64,000 bases of DNA, from positions 256,001 through 320,000 of the forward strand of contig CAVVMW010000010.1 in assembly GCA_963749495.1 (NCBI GenBank). Reading direction: 5' to 3'. Position numbers and translations under genes: made by a program. Shown here piece by piece: positions 29,725-39,166 of the stretch; the first letter of the stretch is position 1, and each line of letters begins with the position of its first letter. Below the pieces are notes generated by a model that ran no database searches, was not told where the DNA came from, and worked only from the letters and a program-made list of their open reading frames with translations. The DNA is from an uncultured bacterium (lineage in GTDB: Bacteria > Verrucomicrobiota > Verrucomicrobiia > Limisphaerales > UBA8199).

Positions 29725-29820
29725 GTGTCCATCCTTGTTGACTCCAACATCCTCTGCCGGTTAGCCAGGAGCGATGACCCCCAACACGAGGCGGCCAAAA
29801 AGGCTGTCGAAGTCTGCTAA
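29725..29820 (+). pseudogene. Truncated VapC/PIN toxin
   Basis: MSILVDSNILCRLARSDDPQHEAAKKAVEVC*. Confidence 0.7.
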
Positions 29821-29828
29821 AGCCATCG

Positions 29829-29963
29829 GGGCCGCATCTCAACATTTGACGTTTGGCAATCCATTTCGCATTTGACAGTGGGCGCTCGCCGCAACAACAT
29901 TGAAACATGATCACAGAAGAGCGTCTGTGTATGGGGCAAATGTCAAATGTTGAGATGTGACCC
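29829..29963. repeat. MITE-like element with 27-bp imperfect terminal inverted repeats
   Basis: gggccgcatctcaacatttgacgtttg / caaatgtcaaatgttgagatgtgaccc (3 mismatches). Confidence 0.7.
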
Positions 29964-30010
29964 AATGTTCACCCCCCGGAGGAAATTAGAATTGTGGAGC
30001 GCACAGCCAA

Positions 30011-30440
30011 ATGAAGCCGCTCGAAGCAGTCTTGGACACGAACGTCCTGGTTGCCGCCTTGCGTTCGCGCCGGGGCGCGTCGTTCGAATTTGCTGCGGCT
30101 GGCGGGCGATGGGCGCTGGCAGTTGCACCTGTCCACGGCATTGTTGCTTGAATACGAAGAAGTCGCGCGTCGCGAAGCGCAACGTTTCTGGCTGCATCCT
30201 GAACGGATTGAAGATGTGCTTGATTACCTGGCCGCGAGCGGGCGGGAGCACGCCATCAGTTTTCGCTGGCGTCCATTTCTGAATGACCCCGATGATGATT
30301 TCATTTTAGAACTCGCCGTCTCCGCGAATGCCCGCTATATTGTGGCGCACAATTTGAGAAATTTCGCGGGAGTGGGAAGTTTCGGAATCGAAGCCATCAC
30401 ACCGGCGCAAATGCTGATAAAACTGCGCGAGCTGAAATGA
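30011..30440 (+). CDS. PIN-family toxin, frameshift near 30088
   Basis: VLDTNVLVAALRSRRGASF..STALLLEYEEV..WRPFLNDPDDDFILELAV..IVAHNLRNF. Confidence 0.85.
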
Positions 30441-30697
30441 AGACCGTTGAAGCCCAAATTCCAGAGCCGGTGCTCAAGCAGGCGCAAGAGCTTGCGGAGC
30501 GCGAGAATGTTCCACTGGAGCAAATCATCACTCTCGCCGTCACTCAATCCATCGGAGTCTGGAGCAGCGAGAGCTACGTCGCCCTGCGCGCCAAGCGCGG
30601 CAGCCGGGAGAAGTTTCTCGATGCCCTAAAGGAAGTGCCGGACGTTGAACCGCCGGATTACGACCGGCTGCCGGAAGGGCATCGTTCCACTGGCTGA
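30437..30697 (+). CDS. HicB-like/RHH antitoxin partner
   Basis: ATGA overlap with the PIN gene; RAKRGSREKFLDALKEVPDVEPPDYDRL. Confidence 0.78.
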   Translation: MKTVEAQIPEPVLKQAQELAERENVPLEQIITLAVTQSIGVWSSESYVALRAKRGSREKFLDALKEVPDVEPPDYDRLPEGHRSTG

Positions 30698-30934
30698 CCG
30701 CATCCTCGCGGCGAAGCGGCGCGATGCCGAGGCGGACGCCACAGGCAATCTGCTGGACGCCCAAGCCGAGGCGCTGGTGAACACCATAACTTTTCACTGA
30801 TGCCTTCCCACCAACTCGGTTCGGCTTGGGTCGTCGTCGTGCGCGCCACACCCGTTTAACTGAAGGACATCCCTCGTCTGGCCGGCTCGACCACGGACGT
30901 GTCGGGCATGCCGCTCCCCAGGAACCGACCCCAA

Positions 30935-31045
30935 GCCCGGAGGTTTTGGACTGCGGCAGTCCTCTGCCGCTTTCGCCTCGGCACCCAGGGGACACAAAAG
31001 CGGTCCCGATACTGCATCGGGACCGCAGTCCAAAACGCTTCGCGG
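30935..31045. repeat. REP-like palindrome family F
   Basis: ttttggactgcggcagtcc...ccgcagtccaaaacgcttcgcg; shorter copy at 41536-41570. Confidence 0.7.
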
Positions 31046-31307
31046 GACGGGGACGCCCGGTCGAGGTTCGGGGGTTCAATGCGCCAAATCCCGTTTGGGG
31101 GAGTTCTTTCAGAGCTCCAGATCACCCCGGAAAGCCCCGCATACTCCGAACAGTCCGCGCTGTCCTTGGACAGGAGGGGCTCCAAGCGGCGCAAAGTGCC
31201 ACCCATGAGAAACTCTCGTAATGGCGCCTCTCGCCGATTCGGCCAGGGAATGCGCCCCTGGCCCGCAATCAAGAGCGCCTCTGCCCACACCCCCGCCGCG
31301 GCGCCCA

Positions 31308-31742
31308 ATGAGCCGCAACGGTAAAATCGCCCATCTCCCCCGCGCCATTCGCGACCAGCTCAACCAGCGGCTCGACGATGGCCAGGAAGCCAAGGAGCTC
31401 GCCGCCTGGCTCAATTCGCTGCCCGAGGTCCAGGCCGTGCTCACCACCCATTTCGAGCGCCGGCCCATCAACGAGGTCAACCTCTCCCAGTGGAAGCAGG
31501 GCGGCTTTGTCAATTGGCAAAGCCTCCAACAAAGGCGCGAGTGGCTCGCCCGGCTCATCGAAGCGTCGTTGACGTTGCGCGCCGGGAGACCCTCGCCCAG
31601 CTTCATGCCTCTGGCGACCCCTCCCTCCGGGCCCTGGCCGCCGAATTCTCAAAATGCCTGGGCGCCGAGGACGGCGGGCTACAGGCCACGAGCAGCCCGC
31701 TGGGGCCATCGGCCCCGCACTGCCCACCAGATCCACAATTAA
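31308..31742 (+). CDS. DUF3486/Mu gp27-like hypothetical protein, 3' part probably degenerate
   Basis: MSRNGKIAHLPRAIRDQLNQRLDDG...WLNSLPEVQAVL...NLSQWKQGG. Confidence 0.55.
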   Translation: MSRNGKIAHLPRAIRDQLNQRLDDGQEAKELAAWLNSLPEVQAVLTTHFERRPINEVNLSQWKQGGFVNWQSLQQRREWLARLIEASLTLRAGRPSPSFMPLATPPSGPWPPNSQNAWAPRTAGYRPRAARWGHRPRTAHQIHN

Positions 31743-31900
31743 AGCCAATAAAAGCCAGATAAACCAGATAAACCTTATGCCGCTCGTTTTATCGCATTGA
31801 CTGGACTGGCGGCAACACCACTATTATCAATTGGTGTGACGATAGCCGGCTGCGCTAAGCTTCGGATTCAGGAAGAAACACGTTTGCCCTGGTGAACAGC

Positions 31901-32998
31901 ATGAAATCATACACGGCCAGCGGGGAGGGGGGACCTTTGTCGCAGCCTTTGTCGGAACCTTTGTCGGATTGGCCATTTTTTGACAAAGGCTGCGACAAAG
32001 GCTGCGACAAAGGTCCGGAATCAGAGCGTTTGGGACAGGGTCCAGACACCCCCATTTGCTTTTCGTCATTCGTCATTCGTCATTCGTCATTTCTAACGGC
32101 ACTGGCGCTGGCAGTCCTGGCGACTTCAGGCTGTTCCTTCAAACGCCTGGCGGTGAACCAGGTGGGCAACGCCCTTGCCGGCAGCGGCACCACCTTCGCC
32201 GCGGACGACGACCCCGAGTTGGTCAAGGCCGCCCTGCCATTCAGCCTCAAGCTCATGGAGAGCCTGCTCAGTGAGAGTCCGCGCCATCGGGGCCTGCTTT
32301 TTGCCACCGCCAGCGGGTTCACCCAGTATGCCTGGGCCTTTGTGCAGCAAGAGGCCGATGAAGTGGAAGACAAGGACGTTGGCAGGGCGGCGGAGTTGAG
32401 GGCGCGGGCGCGCCGGCTGTATCTGCGGGCGCGCGATTACGGCCTGCGGGGGCTGGAGAGCGGCCACGCCGGCTTCCGCACGGCGCTGGAGCGTGCCCCG
32501 GCCGGGGCCGCCCGGGCCGCCCGCGCCAAAGATGTGCCGTTGCTCTATTGGACTGCGGTCTCCTGGGCCGCGGCCGTATCCGTCGGCAAGGACAATCCCA
32601 ACCTGGTCGCCGACCTGCCCAAGGTCGAGGCGCTCATAGACCGGGCGCTCGAGTTGAACGAGGGCTTCGACTCGGGGGCCATTCACTCTTTCCTCATCAC
32701 ATACGAGATGAGCCGGAGCCAGGGCCAGGGCGACCCTGCCGCGCGCGCCCGGCAGCATTTCAAGCGCGCGGTCGAATTGAGCCGCGGGCAGATGGCCGGA
32801 CCGTTCGTCTCCCTGGCGGAATCGGTCTCCGTGCAGCGCCAGGACTCGGCCGAGTTCAAGGCCCTGCTCGAGCGCGCCCTGGCCGTCAATCCCGATGCGA
32901 AACCCGACTGGCGCCTGGCCAACCTCATCGAGCAGCGCCGCGCCCGCTGGCTGCTCGGGCACCTCGATGATCTCTTTTTGAAGACAAACAAGGAGTGA
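31901..32998 (+). CDS. TRAP-T transporter TatT lipoprotein
   Basis: LATSGC lipobox; DDDPELVKAALPFSLKLMESLL, ASGFTQYA; first gene of the TatT-DctP-DctQM block. Confidence 0.88.
   Translation: MKSYTASGEGGPLSQPLSEPLSDWPFFDKGCDKGCDKGPESERLGQGPDTPICFSSFVIRHSSFLTALALAVLATSGCSFKRLAVNQVGNALAGSGTTFAADDDPELVKAALPFSLKLMESLLSESPRHRGLLFATASGFTQYAWAFVQQEADEVEDKDVGRAAELRARARRLYLRARDYGLRGLESGHAGFRTALERAPAGAARAARAKDVPLLYWTAVSWAAAVSVGKDNPNLVADLPKVEALIDRALELNEGFDSGAIHSFLITYEMSRSQGQGDPAARARQHFKRAVELSRGQMAGPFVSLAESVSVQRQDSAEFKALLERALAVNPDAKPDWRLANLIEQRRARWLLGHLDDLFLKTNKE
31933..32014. repeat. 12-mer tandem inverted repeat family G (CCTTTGTCG / CGACAAAGG)
   Basis: Three units on each arm; second copy at 55944-56025. 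Confidence 0.85.
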
Positions 32999-33094
32999 GA
33001 GCGCCGTCCGAGAACACCCTGCATTGGGAAGCTGGGTTCCATCGCCGAAATCCGAAATCCGAAATCCGAAACAAATTCAAAATTCAAAAAAGAA

Positions 33095-34157
33095 ATGCCC
33101 AAAACTCGTTCGCCAATCCGATTTCGAATTTCCAAAGTCTGTCCGCTCCTGGTTGGTGTGCTCCTGTGCTGCCTGGCCGGCCCGGTGACGGGACTTTGGG
33201 CGGCGGAGAGGGCGGTCCGCATCAACCTGGGCACCCTGGCCCCGCGCGGCTCGGTCTATCACCAGTCGCTGCAGGTCATGGGTGAGGCCTGGCGCCAGGC
33301 CCCCGGCGGCGGCGCGCGCCTGGTCATTTACCCCGACGGGACACAGGGCGGGGAGGCCGACATGGTCCGGCTGATGCGGGTGGGGTCTTTGCAGGCGGCG
33401 CTGCTCACGGCCGTGGGCCTGGCCAACATCGAACCGGGCGTGGCGGGCCTCCAGGACGTGCCCATGCTCTTCCGCGACCTCGACGAGTTCGAGTACGTCA
33501 ACGACAGGTTGCGGCCCCAGTTGGAGAAGCGCATGGCGGACAAGGGATTCGTGGTCCTGTTTTGGGGGGACGCCGGCTGGGTCCGTTATTTCTCGAAGGA
33601 GCCCCTGCGAACCCCCGAGGACCTGAAGCGCATGAAGATTTTCGTTTGGGCCGGGGATTCCGACCAGGTTCTCGATCATGCGCAAGGCCGGCCTGACGCC
33701 GGTGCCGCTGGAGACCGGGGACATCCTGCCCGGACTGCAGACTGGCTTGATCAACACGGTGGCCACGCCGCCGATCTACGCGCTGGCCACCCAAGTGGAC
33801 CTGCGCGCCCCCAACATGCTGGATCTGAACTGGGCGCCCCTGGTCGGCGCCTGCGTCGTCACAAAGCAGGCCTGGGACAGGCTCGGGCCCGCCACCCGCG
33901 AGGCGCTGCTGGCTGCCGCCACCCGCGCCGGCAAAGAAATCCGCACCAACAGCCGCAAGGAAAATGACCTGGCTGTGCCCGCTATGCAGAAACGCGGTCT
34001 CAAGGTCCATACGCTGGACCCTGAAACCATCGAGCAATGGCGCCGGGAGGCCGAAAAGACCTATCCGGACATTCGCGGACGCCTGGTGCCGGCCGACATC
34101 TTCGACGACGTGCAGCAGCAACTCCGGGACTATCGCGCCGCGAAGGCCAAGAAATGA
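33095..34157 (+). CDS. TRAP substrate-binding protein DctP, frameshift near 33670
   Basis: LGTLAPRGS, YPDGTQGGEADMVR, WGDAGWV; continues as ILPGLQTGLI. Confidence 0.88.
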
Positions 34158-34208
34158 ACATGAACACGGCAGTCGAACCGCGTGTTTGTGCTCCCCTGCG
34201 TGCCCCGC

Positions 34209-34420
34209 GCGTCGCGGAGCAACGCAGTGAAGGTAGCCATGGACCTCGGTCCACGGACTGGGGCGTGGGAATGGCAGCGCGTCGCGCAGCGACGCCTGAG
34301 GGCCTCGTGCTGACGGATGTGAATACTGTTTTCAGGCGCCGCTACGCGGCGCGGGCGGGCTTGGGCCGCGGGTCCGTGGACTCGAAGTCCACGGCTACCA
34401 TCACGCACCGCTACGCGGTG
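34209..34420. repeat. REP-like composite palindrome family B
   Basis: gcgtcgcg.agc.acgc...aggtagcc.tggacctcggtccacgg...ccgtggact..agtccacggctacc..caccgctacgcggtg; same element as 49324 and 49535. Confidence 0.9.
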
Positions 34421-34431
34421 CCGGAATTAGG

Positions 34432-36303
34432 ATGAATGACGGTCCTTCCTGCGCTGTGGGCGGCTGGCGCGGCGCCCTGCGGACGGCTGAGGACCTGACG
34501 CTGGTCCTGCCGTTGCTGGCGCTGATGGCGCTGCCGCTGAGCGAGATGGTGTTGCGCCGGTTCCATACCGGGATTGCCGGCGCGGCGGGCTTCGTCCAGC
34601 ATTGCACCCTGATTCTCGGCATGCTCGGCGGCGCCATTGCCGCCCGCGAGGGCCGGTTGCTTTCTTTCTCGACGGTCTCCAGCTTCCTCAAGGGCAGGGC
34701 CAAAGCCGCCGCCCTGATCCTGAGCAGTGGCGCGGCGGCGGCCATCAGCGCCTTTCTCTGCGTCGCCAGCACCCGGTTCGTGCTGAGCGAAAAGAGCGGC
34801 GGCGGCATTCTGGCCTACGGCATACCGTTGTGGGTCGTGGAATTGGTCATGCCCGCCGGGTTCGGTTTGATCGCCCTCCGGTTGGTCTGGCACGCGGCCC
34901 CGGGTTGGAAGGGGCGTCTGCTGACCTTGCTGCTGGCGGGGGCGGTCATGGCGGCGGGCGCCCAGTCGGCCATCGCGCCGGAGAAGCTCCTGGCGCCAGC
35001 CTTCGCGGGCCTCCTGCTGGCCATCATCCTTGGGGCGCCGGTCTTCACGGGAATTGGCGGGGCGGCGCTGATTCTGTTCTGGGCGGACCAGTCTCCGATC
35101 ACGGCGATTGCCTTGAAGCACTATTCGCTGGTGACCCACCCGTCGCTGCCCACGATCCCGCTGTTTACGCTGGCGGGTTATTTTCTGGCCGAGAGCGGGG
35201 CCTCCAGGCGATTGATCGGCCTGTTCGAGGCGCTGTGCGGCTCGTGGCGGGGCGGGCCGGCCATTGCCACGGCGCTGGTCTGCGCCTTTTTCACTTCGTT
35301 CACGGGGGCGTCGGGGGTGACCATCCTGGCGCTGGGCGGATTGCTCATGCCGGTCCTGCTGGCGGCCCGTTACTCGGAGCGGGACGCCCTGGGGTTGCTG
35401 ACCGGCGCGGGGTCGCTGGGGCTGCTCTTCCCGCCCTGCCTGCCGGTGATTCTCTATTCGATTGTGGCCGGCACAGCCATGGCCAACCTCGGCGCTGCCC
35501 AGGCGGCCGCGGGCAGCGTGACGATGGAGAAGATGTTCCTGGGCGGGCTGCTGCCCGGCATCCTGATGCTGGTGCTGGCGGCCTGGTGGGGAATTAGCCG
35601 CCAACCCCGCGAAGGCATTTCGGCCAAGCCCTTCAGTCCTGCGGAGAGCCGTCGCGCGGTCTGGGAGGCCAAGTGGGAGTTGCTGACGCCGCTCGTCGCC
35701 ATGGGCGCGCTCTTCGGCGGATTTGCCACGCCGGTCGAGGCCGCCGCCATCGTGGCGCTCTACGCTCTGGCCGTGAGCATGGTCATCCACCGGGACTTGC
35801 ACCCGGTCAAGGACTTGCCCCGGGTCATCCGGGAGTGCGGACTGCTGGTCGGCGGCGTCCTGCTCATCCTGGGCGTGGCGCTTGGTTTTACGCATTACCT
35901 GGTCCAGGCGCAGGTGCCCGACCAATTGGTCCAATGGGCCACTGGCGCCATTAAGTCCAAGTGGCTCTTCCTGCTCGGGCTGAACCTGGTGTTGCTGCTG
36001 GTCGGCGGGCTCATCGAGATCTACGCCGCCATTGTCGTGGTGGTCCCGCTCCTGGTCCCGGTTGGGCTCGCCTTCGGCCTGGATCCGGTTCACTTGGGGG
36101 TGATCTTTCTGGCCAACATGGAACTGGGTTTCCTGGCCCCGCCCGTCGGGCTGAACCTGCTGCTCTCCTCCTACCGCTTCAACCGGCCCATCCTCGAGGT
36201 CATGCGGGCGACATTGCCAATGTTATGCGTCTTGCTCGCAGGCGTCCTGCTCATCACCTACTTTCCCCCGTTGACCACCTGGCTGCCTCATTTGTTCAAG
36301 TAA
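34432..36303 (+). CDS. TRAP transporter fused DctQ-DctM permease
   Basis: Many TM helices; IPLFTLAGYFLAE, GSLGLLFPPCLP, ATPVEAA, LAPPVGLNL. Confidence 0.92.
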   Translation: MNDGPSCAVGGWRGALRTAEDLTLVLPLLALMALPLSEMVLRRFHTGIAGAAGFVQHCTLILGMLGGAIAAREGRLLSFSTVSSFLKGRAKAAALILSSGAAAAISAFLCVASTRFVLSEKSGGGILAYGIPLWVVELVMPAGFGLIALRLVWHAAPGWKGRLLTLLLAGAVMAAGAQSAIAPEKLLAPAFAGLLLAIILGAPVFTGIGGAALILFWADQSPITAIALKHYSLVTHPSLPTIPLFTLAGYFLAESGASRRLIGLFEALCGSWRGGPAIATALVCAFFTSFTGASGVTILALGGLLMPVLLAARYSERDALGLLTGAGSLGLLFPPCLPVILYSIVAGTAMANLGAAQAAAGSVTMEKMFLGGLLPGILMLVLAAWWGISRQPREGISAKPFSPAESRRAVWEAKWELLTPLVAMGALFGGFATPVEAAAIVALYALAVSMVIHRDLHPVKDLPRVIRECGLLVGGVLLILGVALGFTHYLVQAQVPDQLVQWATGAIKSKWLFLLGLNLVLLLVGGLIEIYAAIVVVVPLLVPVGLAFGLDPVHLGVIFLANMELGFLAPPVGLNLLLSSYRFNRPILEVMRATLPMLCVLLAGVLLITYFPPLTTWLPHLFK

Positions 36304-36304
36304 C

Positions 36305-36441
36305 TTCGTCATTCGTCATTCGTCATTCGTCATTCGCCATTCCTCATTCTTCGCGCCTCAATCCAGACCCAACGTTCCCACCGGAACACTCCGCACTCCG
36401 CATTCCGCACTCCGCATTCAGTCCATTCGTCATTCGTCATT
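36305..36441. repeat. Heptamer arrays (TTCGTCA)n and (TCCGCAC/T)n
   Basis: Start right after the DctQM stop. Confidence 0.85.
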
Positions 36442-36498
36442 GCTGGCCCCCCCAAAAATCTTCTTGCCCTGTCCCGCTGGCGGGCGCATAAGACCCGC

Positions 36499-37509
36499 AT
36501 GTTTATGAAGCATCTATCAGGAGTGTTGGCCGGCGCGTTCATCTTGGGCGCGGCATCATGCGCGGCGGTGGCTGCGGAGAACCCTTATCTGGGCGCCTGG
36601 GCCCTGACGTTGCCCGGCGGCGAGCCCGCCTGGCTGGGCGTTGAGGAGGCCAACGGCCGCCTTCAGGCCAGCATAATGTGGATCGGCGGCAGTGTCGTGC
36701 CGGTGACCTCGGTCAAGGTCGAGGATGGCAAGCTGGTGGTGACCCGCAGCCAAACCATCCGGAGCACCGAGGGCGGCAAGCGCGTTAGGAAGACCATCGT
36801 CGAAACCATCACTGCCACCGCAGATGGCGATGCGCTTCAATTGGAGCGCGTCATGCCGCGCGCCAACGGCCAGGGCGAAGACAAGATGACGTTTTCCGGC
36901 AAACGAACGCCACCCGTGCCCGCCGCGCCCAACCTGGACAGCGTCAAGTTCGGCGACCCCATCCAACTCTTCAACGGCACCGACCTCACGGGCTGGCGCC
37001 TGACCGATCCAAACGCCGTCAACGGCTGGAGCGTCAAGGACGGCCTCCTGGTCAATAACACGGTCCAGGAAGAAGGCAAGCCCCACAAGAACTATGGCAA
37101 CCTGCGCACCGATAGGGAATTCGAGGACTTCAACCTCAAGGTCGAGGTCCGGGTCGGCAAAGACGAAAACAGCGGCGTCTATTTGCGCGGCATTTATGAA
37201 GTCCAGGTGGCCGACACCTACGGGCGTCCTCCCGACCCCCACAACATGGGCGCCGTTTACAGCCGGATCAAACCGACCGTTGCCGCCGAAAAGCCCCCCG
37301 GCGAGTGGCAGACCCTGGACATCACCTTTGTGGACCGCCACGCCACCGTCATTCTCAACGGCACTCGCATTATCGATAATCAGCCCGTCCTTGGCTGCAC
37401 AGGCGGCGCCTTGTGGTCCGACGTGAGCCGCCCCGGCCCCATCTACCTGCAAGGCGACCACACCGGCATCGAATACCGCAGCCTCATCCTGAGGCCGGTC
37501 GTGAAGTAG
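36499..37509 (+). CDS. DUF1080 (3-keto-disaccharide hydrolase-like) secreted protein
   Basis: LFNGTDLTGW, NSGVYLRGIYEVQV, GPIYLQGDH. Confidence 0.9.
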   Translation: MFMKHLSGVLAGAFILGAASCAAVAAENPYLGAWALTLPGGEPAWLGVEEANGRLQASIMWIGGSVVPVTSVKVEDGKLVVTRSQTIRSTEGGKRVRKTIVETITATADGDALQLERVMPRANGQGEDKMTFSGKRTPPVPAAPNLDSVKFGDPIQLFNGTDLTGWRLTDPNAVNGWSVKDGLLVNNTVQEEGKPHKNYGNLRTDREFEDFNLKVEVRVGKDENSGVYLRGIYEVQVADTYGRPPDPHNMGAVYSRIKPTVAAEKPPGEWQTLDITFVDRHATVILNGTRIIDNQPVLGCTGGALWSDVSRPGPIYLQGDHTGIEYRSLILRPVVK

Positions 37510-37550
37510 GGGGGCAAAGCCTCAATGAAGGCGGGGGCGACAGGGCCAGA

Positions 37551-37695
37551 CCCCTCACCCCGGCCCTCTCCCCTTGCGAAGGGGAGAGGGAGAATTCTCG
37601 GCAGCGGCTTGAGGAAGGGGAGACGCGCGCAATTCCCAGAGACTGCCGGCGCTTCCCCCTCTCCCCTTCGGAAGGGGAGAGGGCGGGGTGAGGGG
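37551..37695. repeat. REP/MITE-like family A
   Basis: cccctcaccccggccctctcccc ... ggggagagggcggggtgagggg. Confidence 0.9.
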
Positions 37696-37748
37696 TTCGG
37701 CGGGGACTCCGTTTCCGGCTTCACTCACCGATTACGTCGGGGTGTGCC

Positions 37749-39035
37749 TTATGCCTTGCCCACCGCATCGGCCTCTTTCCTCTCTGCGCTCGGGATGCCG
37801 GTGTCCGGAGACGGGAGCGGCGCCTTGGTGGTCAGGGCCAGCAGCGCGCCTGCCAGCAGCATAATCCCGCAGGTCACGAAGGCCCACTTGTAGGAACCGA
37901 ACAGGTCGCTGACCCGCCCCCCCAGGAGCGAGCCCGTTACGCCGGCGACGCCGAAGGCGGTGAAGACCAGGCCGTAGTTCACGCCGAGGTTGCGCACGCC
38001 GTAGAAGTCCGCTGTGGCCGCCGGGAAGAGGGTGAAGATAGTGCCGTAGCACAGGCCGGTGAAGGCCGAGCCGAAGACGAGCAGGGCGGGGCTTTGATAC
38101 GTGACGAACAGGAACATGTTGACGGCCTGCAGGAGGAACGCCAGGATCATCGTCTGCGTCCGGCCCAGTCGATCCGAGAGGAAGCCGCTGACGAACCGCC
38201 CGCAGGTGTTGAAGATGGCTACAATCATGACCAGCAGGTAGCCTTTATTCCAATTGGCCTGGTCCTTGGCAATGAGGGCGATATTGGCGATGATGAGCAG
38301 GCCGGCCGAGGCGGAGAGCACGAACATGAGCCAGAGCCGGTAAAACTGGCCGGTCCGGAGCATTTCCTGCCAGTCCAGGTCCCGCCGCGAGAGGGCCGCC
38401 GCCCGGGCGCCGGGCGCCGTGCCCGCCGCCGGCAGGGCCACCGTGTAGCCCGCAGGGGGATTGGCCAGGACAAGGCTCAGCAGCGAGACCAGCACGATCG
38501 AGCCGATGCCCAGGAAGAGGAATGTCTGCGCAATGCTCGTGATGCCCAGCAGCCACTTCGTCAAGGGCGACATATAGACGGCGGCAAGCCCCACGCCGCT
38601 CACCACGATGCCGGTGATGAATCCCTTGCGCGAGGGCGCAAACCATTTGATCAAGGCCGGCGTCGTGGCCGAATAGCCCAGGCCGATGCCCACCCCGCCC
38701 AGGACGCCGAAGGTGAGCAGCACGACCAGGTAGCTCGATGCAAACGAGCTGAGGACCAGCCCCGCACCGAGCATCAGCCCGCCGAGCATGGCCACCAACC
38801 GCGGGCCGGTCTTGTCCTGGGCGCGCCCGGCGAACACCATCGTGAGCGCAAAGGACGCCGTCGCGGCGGCAAACGGCAGCATCGCTTGGGTCTTGGTCCA
38901 GTGCCATTGGTCAACCAGCGCCTTGCCCATCACGCTCCAGGCGTAGAGCACTCCCAGGACCAGGTTGATGCCCAGGGCCGCCAGGACCACGCTCCAACCG
39001 CGTGCCGAAGTGCTCGAAGAAGTTGGCTTTGTCAT
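37749..39035 (-). CDS. OFA-family MFS transporter
   Basis: GVLYAWSV, AGRAQDKTGPR, KWFAPSRKG, ADFYGVRNLGVNYG. Confidence 0.9.
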   Translation of the reverse strand: MTKPTSSSTSARGWSVVLAALGINLVLGVLYAWSVMGKALVDQWHWTKTQAMLPFAAATASFALTMVFAGRAQDKTGPRLVAMLGGLMLGAGLVLSSFASSYLVVLLTFGVLGGVGIGLGYSATTPALIKWFAPSRKGFITGIVVSGVGLAAVYMSPLTKWLLGITSIAQTFLFLGIGSIVLVSLLSLVLANPPAGYTVALPAAGTAPGARAAALSRRDLDWQEMLRTGQFYRLWLMFVLSASAGLLIIANIALIAKDQANWNKGYLLVMIVAIFNTCGRFVSGFLSDRLGRTQTMILAFLLQAVNMFLFVTYQSPALLVFGSAFTGLCYGTIFTLFPAATADFYGVRNLGVNYGLVFTAFGVAGVTGSLLGGRVSDLFGSYKWAFVTCGIMLLAGALLALTTKAPLPSPDTGIPSAERKEADAVGKA

Positions 39036-39166
39036 CTCCGCTGCATAACAACCCGCGCCCCGCATTGTCGAGGAAAACCATATGTTGCTTGTCTTTGCAG
39101 GGCGGCAGAGGTAAAAGGAGCCATGACTGTTCCGGCGAATGGGAACCAAGCCGACGCGAACTCGTT

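Noticed and set aside
22311..31800. Integron cassette array or intact integrative element
   Set aside because: No integrase, no consistent attC-like sites, and no att duplication or tRNA recognised
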